Counted from the stretch's first letter, positions 1 to 10,600 are shown. The stretch: 56,645 nucleotides of DNA from a virus (IMGVR_UViG_3300021354_000516:1-56645), one strand, 5' to 3'. Notes: generated from the sequence alone by a model not told the origin. Program-made: numbers and translations.

Positions 1-2
1 GT

Positions 3-695
3 GCTATGATCGTGAGCGGTCCCCCAGGCGTTGGCAAATCATTTGGCGTTGAAGAAGTCTTGAGCAAAGACGATGTGTTTAATAAACTTAGCGATCGCAA
101 ACCTAAATACGAAGTGGTTAAAGGCGCTATGTCTGCACTTGGCCTTTATAAGAAATTATACGAATTTAGTGATGAGAAGAATGTTGTTGTGTTTGACGAT
201 TGCGATAGCGTATTGATGGACGATGTTTCTCTTAATATACTTAAAGGTGCACTCGATAGCTCTAAACGAAGATTTATTGCTTGGAACACTGACTCACGCT
301 TACTCCGCAACGAAGACATTCCTAATCGCTTTGAATTTAAAGGATCAGCAATCTTTATTACTAATATAAAGTTTGAACACGTTAAGTCAAAACGACTAAG
401 AGATCACTTAGATGCTCTGGAATCTAGATGTCACTATATCGATTTACAAATGGATACAGAACGCGAGAAACTTTTACGTATTAAACAAATTATTAACGAT
501 GGCATGCTTAACACTTACGATTTTGATGAACCTGATCTTGTTAGAGACGAAATTATTAACTATATCGATACTAACAAATCAAAACTTAGAGAACTTTCTC
601 TCCGTATGGTACTGAAGATCGCAGACCTTCGTAAATCATTTCCAAACACTTGGGAATCAATGGCACGTACTACCTGCATGAGAAGGGGGGCTTGA
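3..695 (+). CDS. AAA+ ATPase, 5' end probably outside the window
   Basis: Walker A GPPGVGKS, Walker B VVVFDDCD, sensor-like IFITN and ALESR; frame is open to the window edge. Confidence 0.8.
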   Translation, partial: AMIVSGPPGVGKSFGVEEVLSKDDVFNKLSDRKPKYEVVKGAMSALGLYKKLYEFSDEKNVVVFDDCDSVLMDDVSLNILKGALDSSKRRFIAWNTDSRLLRNEDIPNRFEFKGSAIFITNIKFEHVKSKRLRDHLDALESRCHYIDLQMDTEREKLLRIKQIINDGMLNTYDFDEPDLVRDEIINYIDTNKSKLRELSLRMVLKIADLRKSFPNTWESMARTTCMRRGA

Positions 696-877
696 TGGAG
701 TCAATCCCAATGTGCTTGGGACAGGTGATTATTAACTCACTTTGTCTCGGCTTTGTGATAGGCGCTAATCTTGACAATTTCGAGCCTGGTCCTCCTTTGG
801 TCTCGTGGATCATTTACTTCTTTAACTCTTTGGCTATTACTATTAATGTTTGGTGCTTGATAAGGTTTACTCAATGA
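695..877 (+). CDS. small hydrophobic (two-TM) hypothetical protein
   Basis: ATG at 695 overlaps the ATPase TGA (TGATG) after a G-rich SD-like run; two hydrophobic segments. Confidence 0.5.
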   Translation: MESIPMCLGQVIINSLCLGFVIGANLDNFEPGPPLVSWIIYFFNSLAITINVWCLIRFTQ

Positions 878-1152
878 CTATCGATATTACTTATTACTTG
901 ATTGGCACAGTCTCGGCGGCTCTCGTGCTTGGCGGGGCAATTATTATGGATGTGACTCAGCAATATCAGATCCATAAACTGAGAATTGGCTTTGCTATCT
1001 TTTTGGCTGTGTTTGCTTTACTGGCTAACTTGACCCTTATCTCTGGCGAGGTCTGGACCGCTAACCAAGACCTTAAGGATAAGATCGATCTGGAGATACT
1101 TTGTGGTTCAGACGAAGAAGTTATTGAAGACGGCGACAATATTCCTTATTGA
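874..1152 (+). CDS. small two-TM membrane protein with acidic tail
   Basis: ATGA overlap with the previous ORF; two hydrophobic helices. Confidence 0.55.
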   Translation: MTIDITYYLIGTVSAALVLGGAIIMDVTQQYQIHKLRIGFAIFLAVFALLANLTLISGEVWTANQDLKDKIDLEILCGSDEEVIEDGDNIPY

Positions 1153-1373
1153 CCTCTGAGGGGCATTCATACCCCCCTGGGGGTGCTTTTTGAGTTGTTG
1201 ACTTGTCCGCGCAATTTTGGCTTGCAAAAAGTTTTCTCAAAAAAAAAAAAATTGCTCAAAACCTGCCCCCCATTAGATTAGAATCACCAGGGGTAAGGTT
1301 CTCCAGGTCCTTTTTTTATTGCGCGGCAATTTTTTTAGGAAAGTAAAGTCTTTTCTTGTAGTTAAATAAGGTT

Positions 1374-1553
1374 ATGTTTACGATAAGGATATCTTGTTTA
1401 TATGAGTATGAGTGTATGTTATGGTTAGAGCATAACCATAATTCTCTCAACAAGGATTATAGAATAGTTCGGAATCAGCGATATATAGAATTTATATTTT
1501 CCCATCAAGACGTTTATGATCAATTTTCTAAACATTTCAAAACTCTTCACTAG
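1374..1553 (+). CDS. 59-aa hypothetical protein (below ORF-track cutoff)
   Basis: MFTIRISCLYEYECMLW...KTLH*; TAAATA at 1363-1368 lies exactly 5 nt before the ATG. Confidence 0.55.
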   Translation: MFTIRISCLYEYECMLWLEHNHNSLNKDYRIVRNQRYIEFIFSHQDVYDQFSKHFKTLH

Positions 1554-1624
1554 AATAGATTCACAGTTTTAAAAATTTTGCGCGGCCAATTTTTTAAAGT
1601 GTAAATACCATTTCTCAGCTTGTG

Positions 1625-1852
1625 TTATTCTTTTCGAAGCTTCCAATCTGTGTCTGATTTCCAGCTTAAACAGAATAGTTCGTAAGCTCGATCTGAAGGA
1701 AGGAACACTTTCAAGAAGCCAAGATAGAAATAAGTTTTATCCATTTTCACCTCAATATCATGTTGATGTCCCCAATGTTTCAACTCGTTGTAAAGTTTTT
1801 CAGCGGTGTTAGTTATGTTAATAGTAAGTGGAAGATTAAAGTGTAAATGCAT
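1625..1852 (-). CDS. hypothetical protein
   Basis: 75-76 aa ORF with phage-like composition. Confidence 0.55.
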   Translation of the reverse strand: MHLHFNLPLTINITNTAEKLYNELKHWGHQHDIEVKMDKTYFYLGFLKVFLPSDRAYELFCLSWKSDTDWKLRKE

Positions 1853-1914
1853 CAAAGAATTAAGTTAGTATATAATAGAAAATAAAAATTTTGCTACGCT
1901 TCGCGCTCTGCGCT

Positions 1915-2373
1915 CTAGTATAGTTGTCCTGGTTTAAGTACCTGAATAATAGTCTCAAGTTTAGTCTGATTAATCTTCGAGCCGAGAGTAGTACGTACGC
2001 CGTGATGCAAGGGTTTTGGCCAAAAGTTATAATTCACCCAAGCATATCCATTATGTTCGTTGTTAAGATGTGGAATAAATTCGTTATCCACAATCAGTAC
2101 AAAAGTGTGATAATAAAAAGCCTCGTCATTTGAAGCATACCGTTCGATAGGAATAATTTTCTGGATCTGAGGAGTATCGCCAAGTTCTTCAAAAATTTCT
2201 CTATGAAGTGTATCCAGTGTTGAATTATCTTGGGGTTCTTGTTTACCGCCAGCAAAGCCCCAAGTTCCAGCAGTTCTACCTTGAGCTCTAAGTAGGAAAA
2301 GGAAGCGTTGTGTATTCCGTGCAAGGAAAATTGCGCCAGCGCAATGTATATCGTTTAAAGGACCAATCGCCAT
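1915..2373 (-). CDS. Nudix hydrolase
   Basis: Nudix box GGKQEPQDNSTLDTLHREIFEELG. Confidence 0.9.
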   Translation of the reverse strand: MAIGPLNDIHCAGAIFLARNTQRFLFLLRAQGRTAGTWGFAGGKQEPQDNSTLDTLHREIFEELGDTPQIQKIIPIERYASNDEAFYYHTFVLIVDNEFIPHLNNEHNGYAWVNYNFWPKPLHHGVRTTLGSKINQTKLETIIQVLKPGQLY

Positions 2374-4088
2374 TTTCCCGCGGTATAAACGCCTTCAAAA
2401 GATTTCATCCAAGCATACCCGTCCCAAACATATTGAACGCCAGTTCTAGTATTAGTAATATAAGTTGGTCCTTGATTTTGTTTTGCATCAAGTATCACAT
2501 TCCATTTAGTACCGTCCCATTGTATCAAATCGTTAGCATAAGCTGCAAAGTCTGAGTTATCTTGATTCTTCCAAGCATCAGGTCCATCGTAATCAATATT
2601 TTGAGTATAACTTCCGATATTAATATCTTCAAGAATCAGTAAACGATAATCAGTAGCTGGCCATGCTAAAGTTCCATTTTGATAAGGTCGTGGGTTATAA
2701 TTTGTAGGATCAACAATTGCATCCACAGTACCGCGAGTATAAACATTAGTAAGATCGATAATATCTGTATTATGTGGAAGTGTATCTTGATCGTCAAAAC
2801 TAATATGCATAGTTGCGTCATCGAGTGGATCAAGAGTAATATTTCCAACAATTTCGTTACCGTCAGGTTTTTGAAGTCTAATCGTAGAAAGTCCAGCAAC
2901 AAATTTTCCTGGATAGAGATCTAAAATACTAAGCCAGTTAACATCAGGCCCAAGTTTTGTAGGAGCAATATTTGAATCTGATTGTTGATTTTCAATAAAG
3001 ACATTTGCGCCATCAGGAATATCATAATCAAGTGGATTAGAGATATGAGCAGTCAAATTTGTTAAATTGCCAGAAAAGCTTTCGATAGTATAAGAGTGGC
3101 CTCCAATATTAATCTTTGTGCCAGCACTTGGAATTTCTTTAAGTCCGGTCAAGCTAATTTCTAAATTTCCTTTTAAATTAGTAACAGGAGTATCGTTAAC
3201 AATAATTTGTTTAGCAATGCCTTTAACACTTGATCCAGCTTGTTGAATATTTGAAGATGAAACCTTCTCGCCTTCACGTAATAATTTTGCAGTATTGTTT
3301 AAAACCAAAACCCCATAATTTCCAATTGTTTCGTAACCAACACTAATGCTCACACGACCTGTAAAGTAGTCAACATTTTCACTATCTGAATAGGCTCCAC
3401 TTTCGACAGTACCAGTTGGGTCAACAAACATGCTAGTGATAATATTTGTAATAATACCAAGTTTTTTCACTTTAGCAGGAGTAGTTAGCCAAATAGGGCT
3501 TTGAAAGTTAAGTGTAGCAATATCAATATCTTGTTCCAATCCTTGTGGAATGCTACGACTAGAGTATACAAGATTAGTAAGTTCTAGTAAACTCAAACTA
3601 GTCCAATCGATAAAGTTATTATTAGTTTGAATTTCCATACTAGGATTAAACAATACAAGTAGTTGTTCAAGTAATTGTAATTTTTGATCTGTGTTAGTAG
3701 TCCAAATATCAGCTGTAAATTGTAAATTAAACGGAGTTGGCATCAACCGTTCAACAGTATAGTTTGCACCTTGCGTGTTTAGATATTCATTTCCAGCTTC
3801 GTCAAAAGCACGTTCACGGATATTCACTTTACTAACAAAAGTAGGGTCTTGAAGTCTATCACGAGCAAATTCTAGTCCTTTGATATAGCAAGCAATAAAA
3901 GGAGCACTTTGTACAATATTCTCGCTATTTTTAGTCATAATCTGAGCAACTTGACGATTCATATCACCATAACGGACTGGTATTTGTACAAGTTTACCTT
4001 TAGCATCTTTATAGCTAAAGTTGCTCATCAGTCTCATAAATTGAGTTAGATATCGTTTTATCTGTCCATCATAAAAATGTTCACTCAT
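2355..4088 (-). CDS. tail sheath stabilizer/terminator (T4 gp15-like) with C-terminal extension
   Basis: N-terminal HFYDGQIKRYL..QIPVRYG and PTPFNLQFTADIW motifs resemble gp15; located in the neck gene cluster. Confidence 0.7.
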   Translation of the reverse strand: MSEHFYDGQIKRYLTQFMRLMSNFSYKDAKGKLVQIPVRYGDMNRQVAQIMTKNSENIVQSAPFIACYIKGLEFARDRLQDPTFVSKVNIRERAFDEAGNEYLNTQGANYTVERLMPTPFNLQFTADIWTTNTDQKLQLLEQLLVLFNPSMEIQTNNNFIDWTSLSLLELTNLVYSSRSIPQGLEQDIDIATLNFQSPIWLTTPAKVKKLGIITNIITSMFVDPTGTVESGAYSDSENVDYFTGRVSISVGYETIGNYGVLVLNNTAKLLREGEKVSSSNIQQAGSSVKGIAKQIIVNDTPVTNLKGNLEISLTGLKEIPSAGTKINIGGHSYTIESFSGNLTNLTAHISNPLDYDIPDGANVFIENQQSDSNIAPTKLGPDVNWLSILDLYPGKFVAGLSTIRLQKPDGNEIVGNITLDPLDDATMHISFDDQDTLPHNTDIIDLTNVYTRGTVDAIVDPTNYNPRPYQNGTLAWPATDYRLLILEDINIGSYTQNIDYDGPDAWKNQDNSDFAAYANDLIQWDGTKWNVILDAKQNQGPTYITNTRTGVQYVWDGYAWMKSFEGVYTAGKWRLVL

Positions 4089-5314
4089 TAATTATCTGCC
4101 TTAGGTTTAAGTACCTGCGATAATGCCTGACGTTCTTGAACAACCTGTCCAGCAATAGTTGCAGTATTATTGTTATTAATAAAGCTTGTTCGTTGAGTTT
4201 GTCTCATTCTAATTTGTTCTTGAGGAGTATTTTGATTATTTGTCATATTAGGATCATAACTATTTGTCATAGTCATTCTCACATTATCTTCAAACTTCAT
4301 CCAATTATGTCCGTTAAAACGAAACAACCGATTTGGAAAATAGTCTGTACGTAAATGGAATTGACCTTCAACTAATCCAGTACTTGGAAAGCTTATACCA
4401 AAAGTATAAGGAGCGCCATTAGGTGGTTGACCGTCGCCGACCATATATCCAACATAGTAGTTATGATTAGGACTTTTCAGTGTTAAACTTGCATCAATCA
4501 AATCACTGCTTGCATCACTAACACCTGTAATATCTTGACTTGCATCTTGTAAATCTAACAAACCATCAGTATGAGTGTTAGTGGGTAAAACATAAAGTTG
4601 TTTAGTATCATATCCAGCTCGTGGAGCATCTAATTCTGCTTGTGCAATAATAGCATTATTAGTTTGGATACTCAAGTTGTAAGTACTAATAATATCTTGT
4701 AAAGAACTACCATTTCCTGCTCCTGAATCAGCACCAAGTATCTCTGAAAATTCTTGACTATCTACCATCGGAACACATTTAACACGTAATAAGTGTGGAT
4801 ACCAAGTTTGACTAAAGCCGCTGCTTGCACGAGTAACATCTTGAACAACATAAAACCGTTTAAGTGCAACCATAGCATCGTCTAGTGCATATTCATCTTT
4901 CAAGTGCGGAAGTTCAATTACATCACCTGACATTATTTTTCGTCCGATAGTTCCGACACAGTTTCGTAAATGAAAGTGCATAAAGATATTATCGTTATTA
5001 AGAAAGATACCAAATTGACTAAGATTAAAGTCCAAGTCCTGCATTTGATAAATTCCTCTCATCACAAAGATATCCGGATCGTAATGTCGATCACGATTTT
5101 CCATTAAAATAATATCTTGGATTCCTAGTTCACCTATAGAACTAGTTTGATTTGGAACACCGGGAGTAGAAGTTCCGTCTTCTGGATTAACTGGTCCCAT
5201 ATATTTGTGAACATAGATATCTACACCGCCAACTTGAAATTGTTCTTCAATAACGCGGTCAAGGAATCTAAAATCGTTGCCCTTCTCTGGGCGGTACATT
5301 GATAGTCTTGGCAT
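4088..5314 (-). CDS. neck protein (T4 gp14-like)
   Basis: LSQFGIFL and GDVIELPH motifs; adjacent to gp13- and gp15-like genes. Confidence 0.65.
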   Translation of the reverse strand: MPRLSMYRPEKGNDFRFLDRVIEEQFQVGGVDIYVHKYMGPVNPEDGTSTPGVPNQTSSIGELGIQDIILMENRDRHYDPDIFVMRGIYQMQDLDFNLSQFGIFLNNDNIFMHFHLRNCVGTIGRKIMSGDVIELPHLKDEYALDDAMVALKRFYVVQDVTRASSGFSQTWYPHLLRVKCVPMVDSQEFSEILGADSGAGNGSSLQDIISTYNLSIQTNNAIIAQAELDAPRAGYDTKQLYVLPTNTHTDGLLDLQDASQDITGVSDASSDLIDASLTLKSPNHNYYVGYMVGDGQPPNGAPYTFGISFPSTGLVEGQFHLRTDYFPNRLFRFNGHNWMKFEDNVRMTMTNSYDPNMTNNQNTPQEQIRMRQTQRTSFINNNNTATIAGQVVQERQALSQVLKPKADN

Positions 5315-5319
5315 GTGTA

Positions 5320-5336
5320 TATTTATTGTATAAATA
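5320..5336. promoter_or_regulatory. back-to-back late promoters (TATTTA-N5-TAAATA)
   Basis: TAAATA on each strand, each 5 nt from an ATG (5314 minus, 5342 plus); T4 late consensus is TATAAATA. Confidence 0.75.
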
Positions 5337-5341
5337 ATATC

Positions 5342-6100
5342 ATGAGCACAATTGAATCAACCAGACAACCAGTAATTGAATATATCCGAGTAATGCTCGG
5401 AGATGGACTAATTGATGTTGAATTAGATCCGATACATTATAATACCTCAATAGACAGAGCATTTGCAAAGTATCGTCAAAAGAGTGCAAACTCTGTTGAA
5501 GAAAGTTTTGCATTTTTAACATTAGAACAAGATGTCAACGAATATACATTAAGTCAAGAAGTAATTGAAGTAAGACAAGTATTTCGAAGAAGTGTTGGAT
5601 CTAGAACAGGTGGTGGAGATACCGGAAGTTTATTTGAACCGTTTAACTTAGCGTATTCAAATACTTATTTGTTAAGTTCAAGTCAAATGGGCGGATTAGC
5701 AACTTATTATGCCTTTGCATCTTATCAAAAGATGGTAGGTAAAATGTTTGGAAGTGAAATCAATTTCACATGGAATCCAAGCACAAGAAAGATGACAATC
5801 ATGCAACGTCCACGTGGTGAAGAATCTGTATTGTTATGGTTATATAACACCAAACCTGAGTTTACTTTATTAAATGATCCTTATGCTGGTATATGGATCA
5901 AAGATTATGCATTAGCACAATCAAAAGTTATCTTAGGTGAAGCACGTGAAAAGTTTGGTCAAATTGCCAGTCCGCAAGGTGGTACAAGTTTAAATGGTAC
6001 TGCACTCAAAGCAGAAGGAATCGCTGCAATTGAAAAATTAGAATTAGAACTTGCAAATTATGCAACCGGCGAGAAGCCGATGTGGTTCGTTTGCGGCTAA
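5342..6100 (+). CDS. neck protein (T4 gp13-like); start refined to ATG 5342
   Basis: LGDGLIDVELD, WIKDYALA and GGTSLNG motifs typical of gp13. Confidence 0.8.
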   Translation: MSTIESTRQPVIEYIRVMLGDGLIDVELDPIHYNTSIDRAFAKYRQKSANSVEESFAFLTLEQDVNEYTLSQEVIEVRQVFRRSVGSRTGGGDTGSLFEPFNLAYSNTYLLSSSQMGGLATYYAFASYQKMVGKMFGSEINFTWNPSTRKMTIMQRPRGEESVLLWLYNTKPEFTLLNDPYAGIWIKDYALAQSKVILGEAREKFGQIASPQGGTSLNGTALKAEGIAAIEKLELELANYATGEKPMWFVCG

Positions 6101-6107
6101 AAACTTC

Positions 6108-6136
6108 TTGACTTCTTAAGAAATTTCAATTAAACT
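6108..6136 (+). promoter_or_regulatory. sigma70-type promoter for the dNMP kinase
   Basis: TTGACT-17nt-TAAACT followed by SD AGGAG. Confidence 0.6.
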
Positions 6137-6158
6137 ATAATATCAATTAGGAGATATT

Positions 6159-6782
6159 ATGATTATAGGTTTTATAGGGTTAATAGGTTCAGGCAAAGAC
6201 ACCGCCGCCGATTACCTTGTTAATTTTCACGAGTTCCGCAAAGAATCATTTGCCGGAACACTCAAAGATGCAACTGCCGCAGTATTTGGATGGGATCGAA
6301 CGTTATTAGAAGGTCGGACCAAACAATCAAGAGATTGGCGAGAAAAAGTTGATATGTGGTGGTCAGAAAGATTAGGAATGCCGAATTTAACTCCTCGATG
6401 GATACTTCAATATTGGGGAACAGAGGTATGTCGTTTAGGATTTCATGACGATATATGGATTGCTAGTTTAGAAAATAAAATGCGTCAAACCAATGATAAC
6501 ATTGTTATAAGTGATGTACGTTTTCCAAATGAAATTAAAGCAATTCATAACGTTGGCGGAATAGTTGTTCGAGTAACCCGAGGAGAAGATCCTTATTGGT
6601 TTAATGATGCTATTAAAATGAATAGCGGAGACGAACAAGCTAAACAACGAATTCAAGAACAAGGAATTCATTCTAGTGAAACATCGTGGATCGGATCAAA
6701 AGTTGATCATGTTATTTCAAATAACGGTACAGTTGATGCATTATATCAGCAAATACAAGAGTTAATTAAAAGTCCGGAATAA
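6159..6782 (+). CDS. deoxynucleoside monophosphate kinase (T4 gp1-like)
   Basis: GLIGSGKDT P-loop, PRWILQYWGTE, ISDVRFPNE. Confidence 0.92.
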   Translation: MIIGFIGLIGSGKDTAADYLVNFHEFRKESFAGTLKDATAAVFGWDRTLLEGRTKQSRDWREKVDMWWSERLGMPNLTPRWILQYWGTEVCRLGFHDDIWIASLENKMRQTNDNIVISDVRFPNEIKAIHNVGGIVVRVTRGEDPYWFNDAIKMNSGDEQAKQRIQEQGIHSSETSWIGSKVDHVISNNGTVDALYQQIQELIKSPE

Positions 6783-7101
6783 GATCTCCCCTACGCCATG
6801 GTAGTTTAAGTTTATGCAGTATGCGTTGACAGTTTGCGCATACTGTTTTCAAATTAGTATATTGACAATTTTTAGGATTCCCGTCAGCATAGTATACTGA
6901 AAACTGTTCTTGATGTTGTCCAACAAATCCGCAGTGATCACATTTCATCTTCTTCCTATAACCTGCTTTATACCAAAGAGGTTTTCCAGGATGCCTTCCT
7001 TTAGCACAATGATCACATTTTGATCTATAAAATACCTTTCCTTCTTTGCGATAGTTGATCGCAACTGGTCTTTCTCCACACGTTTTACATAATGATCTCA
7101 T
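6766..7101 (-). CDS. Zn-binding HNH-like protein
   Basis: four CxxC pairs and NLKTVCANC. Confidence 0.7.
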   Translation of the reverse strand: MRSLCKTCGERPVAINYRKEGKVFYRSKCDHCAKGRHPGKPLWYKAGYRKKMKCDHCGFVGQHQEQFSVYYADGNPKNCQYTNLKTVCANCQRILHKLKLPWRRGDLIPDF

Positions 7102-7488
7102 GGTTTGCTCTTTCTTTTTATTTACTCGTTTATGTTTACTATATGTTCTCGGTTTTGCATTTTTTCTAGATTCTGAATTTTTAAGAAAAGGATGAGTTCC
7201 ATCTGCAACTCGTTTTTCTTGTGTTAATTTAGAAATTAATGATCTTTCTTCGGGAGTTATTTTTAAACGAAGGGCAATTAATTGACATGCACTCCAATCA
7301 CATTGAGCATAATGAATACTATAATGTTCTTGTAATGTTACTGCTTTTAAATTGTTAAAATCATTATTTTGATGATTTCAATCAATATGATGAATTTCGT
7401 ATGTTCTTCCGTCATTATCAATCGGAATTGGTCCGTTATGATATTCATAAATCTTTCGATAGTTTGTTGTTGTACAGTAAATACACAT
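7102..7488 (-). pseudogene. HNH homing endonuclease with in-frame TGA, continuous in frame with the 6766-7101 ORF
   Basis: Manual translation MCIYCTTTNYRKIYEYHNGPIPIDNDGRTYEIHHID*NHQNNDFNNLKAVTLQEHYSIH...; TGA at 7378-7380 replaces the Gly of HHIDGN. Confidence 0.8.
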
Positions 7489-7555
7489 GCTGATAGTTCC
7501 TTATAACTGTTAGAATCGATGGATATTCAAGTATCGCGATCGATACTTTTATTTA
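7489..7555 (-). promoter_or_regulatory. late promoter plus structured 5' leader (copy 1)
   Basis: TAAATA-AAAGT-ATCGATCGCGATACTTGAATATCCATCGATTCTAACAGTTATAAGGAACTATCAGC-ATG; homologous copy at 28293-28360. Confidence 0.7.
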
Positions 7556-7671
7556 TTCATAATTTAAAATCTACGCCCTTTTTCTCCCCTTTAAAATTTT
7601 TAAAATTCCAATGAAAATTTTTGATTAACACTAAATACTGCTGACAAAACCATAATTAGGAGATAAACTAA

Positions 7672-10600
7672 ATGGCTACACCACTTCAATCACCGGGCGT
7701 ACAAGTTTCAATAATAAATGAAAGCTTTTATACCCCAGCGGCACCAGGAACAGTTCCGCTAATTTTCGTTGCTTCGGCAAGTAATAAATTAAATCCTTCA
7801 GGAGCAACAGCCGTTGGCACAGCTCCAGTAAATGAAGGTAAAGTTTACCTAATAACAAGCCAAAGAGATCTTGTTGATACATTTGGCACACCATTGTTTT
7901 ACACTGATTCTTCAGGTAATCCGATACATGGTGGAGAATTAAACGAATATGGCTTACAAGCAGCTTATTCATTACTTGGTGTAAGTTCAGCAGCTTATGT
8001 TGTTCGTGCTCCAATTGATTTAGCTAGTTTAGTAGCAAAATCAAGTGCACCAGCAGGAGATCCAGCAGATGGTAGTTATTGGGTCAACACCGCTGACTCA
8101 TTATTTGGTATTTTTGAATGGAACAAGGTAAAAGGCACATTTACAAATAAAGTTCCACTTATAATAGATGATACTAATGCAAGTTTAAATTACAATAGCA
8201 ATGCACCTAAATCAAGTTTTGGTTTAGTTGGACAATACTGTATAGTGTTAAATCAACCAACTGTATCTGTTGATGATTCAGTAGTAACGGTATTCTATAA
8301 AAATTCAGATGCTAACTGGGTTGAAGTTGGTTCACATCATGACTCTTCTTTTACAACAAACAGTGCTAATTCAACTTTTATCAGTACAACTTGGTCAACC
8401 AGTCAACCTGCTGTAGTAGGAACCGGTACACCAAGTTCTGTTTCAATTAATAATAGTTCAACATTTACTATTAACGGAACAACTGTTGGAATTGCAAACA
8501 GTGATTCAGTTTCAGTAATTGCAGGAAAAATTAATGGTGCATTCCATACAACTGCAGGTGTTGGTGCAAAAGTAATAAAAGGTGCATTAGCATTATACTT
8601 AGATTCGTATAAAGCAAGTTCTTTTACACTTGCAGTATCAACTGATCTAGTAACTTCATTAGGAATTAGTTCAGGAACATATACTGCTCCTTCATTATTT
8701 GTTGGTCCACATACACAATATCCAGATTTTAGTTTAAAATCATCAGGTTCATTGTATTTAAAAACTACTTCACCAAATGAAGGTGCTAGTTGGATTGTTA
8801 AACAATGGTTAGCTACTTCAAATGCATTTAATACTGTAAAAGCTCCGATATATTCAAATGTAACAGCCGCAACTTATCAATTAGATAAAGTAGGTGGTGG
8901 AGCAAATATTCCAGTTGGAACAGTTTTTGTTGAAAGCAATTTTAACCATGGAGATAATTCTTCATCAACAAGTGTGATATTAGGAAATTTCAAAGTTCAA
9001 AGACGTGTTGCTGTAACTCCGACAACTATCACAGGTGCAGTTCATAATAACGCTGTAGCAATTTCAACTGCAACGTTGAAAATTGAAACAAGTTCTGCTG
9101 GTATTTCAGGTTATGTAAACACAGGAACTTTAACAATTCAAGGTTCATCAGATGGTTTAAATGCAGTTGTTAATGCAATTAACAATTCCGGAATTGAAAA
9201 TTTAGTTGCTACATTAAATGACGCTGGTACAGATTTGTATTCAGTTTCAATTAAACACACAGAAGGCGGAGAAATTCGTTTTACTGATAATGCAAATGTA
9301 TTAGGAACTGTTGGTTTTAGTAATTCAACATCTAATTTTTATTCATTAGATGCAGCGATTGAACCTTCAAAAGCAACACATCGTGCAAGTAATTGGAAAC
9401 CATTAACATTTACAGCATCTGATGTTGCACCAAGTACAACTCCTGCAAATGGACAATTATGGTATAGTTCGATTGTTGACCAAGTTGATATTATGGTACA
9501 CAACGGAAGTGATTGGAAAGGTTACCGAACTGTATATCCAGCTACAGATATCAATGGTCCAATAATAAGTGCTTCAGAACCAACAAAACAAAGTGACGGA
9601 ATAACAGATCTTGTAAATGGTGATATTTGGATAAGCACTGCTGATATTGAACGTTATGGTAAAGACATTTATGTTTATAATGGCTCTTCTTTAACATGGA
9701 TTCTTCAAGATACAACAGATCAAACTTCTCCAACCGGTTGGTTATTTGCAGATGCACGTTGGGCAACAAGTGGTCAAGCAACTTCTGCTAGTTCGATTAA
9801 AGATTTATTGTTATCTGACTATGTTGATCCAGATGCTCCAGATCAAGCTGAATATCCACGCGGTATGAGATTATGGAACTTACGTCGTTCAGGATTTAAT
9901 GTTAAACGTTTTGAAACAAATTATATTGATATTAATGCAAATGATGGTAAAAACTTACGTTATCAAAATGATCCGTTAAGTGATTATAATGTTAATCGTT
10001 GGGTTTCAGTAAGTCCTAATAATGCAGATGGTTCAGGAACATTTGGTCGCCATGCACAACGTTCATTTGTTGTTTCATCATTTAAATCAGTAATTGATAG
10101 TAACATATCAGCGCGTGATACTGATACATTAACATTTAATTTAATTGCAACACCTGGTTATCCAGAAGCAATTCAAAACATGGTATTGTTAAACGTTGAT
10201 CGTGGGTTAACTGCGTTTGTTATTGGTGATACTTCTTTCCGTTTAAAACCAACAGGTACTGATTTAGTAAATTATGGATTAAACAGAAACGGTGCTTTTG
10301 ATAACGGTGATGAAGGTCTTGTATCATATAATGAATACCTAGCTGCATTTTATCCAAGTGGTTACACTAATGACTTATCAGGAAATTACATTGTAGTTCC
10401 GCCAAGTCATATGATGTTACGTACTATTGCGTTAAGTGATCAAAAAAGTTATCCTTGGTTTGCACCAGCAGGTGTACGTCGAGGTGTAATTGACAATGCA
10501 ACATCAGTCGGTTATCTTGAAAATGGTGAATTTAAAGCAACTGCATTGCCAGAAAGTATTCGTAATGTAATGGCACAAAATGGTCATATTAATCCAATTG

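Noticed and set aside
7378-7380. Genome-wide TGA-to-Gly recoding
   Set aside because: TGA ends genuine genes here (695, 13777, 24878, 31212) and no other conserved gene shows an internal TGA; a single nonsense mutation is simpler
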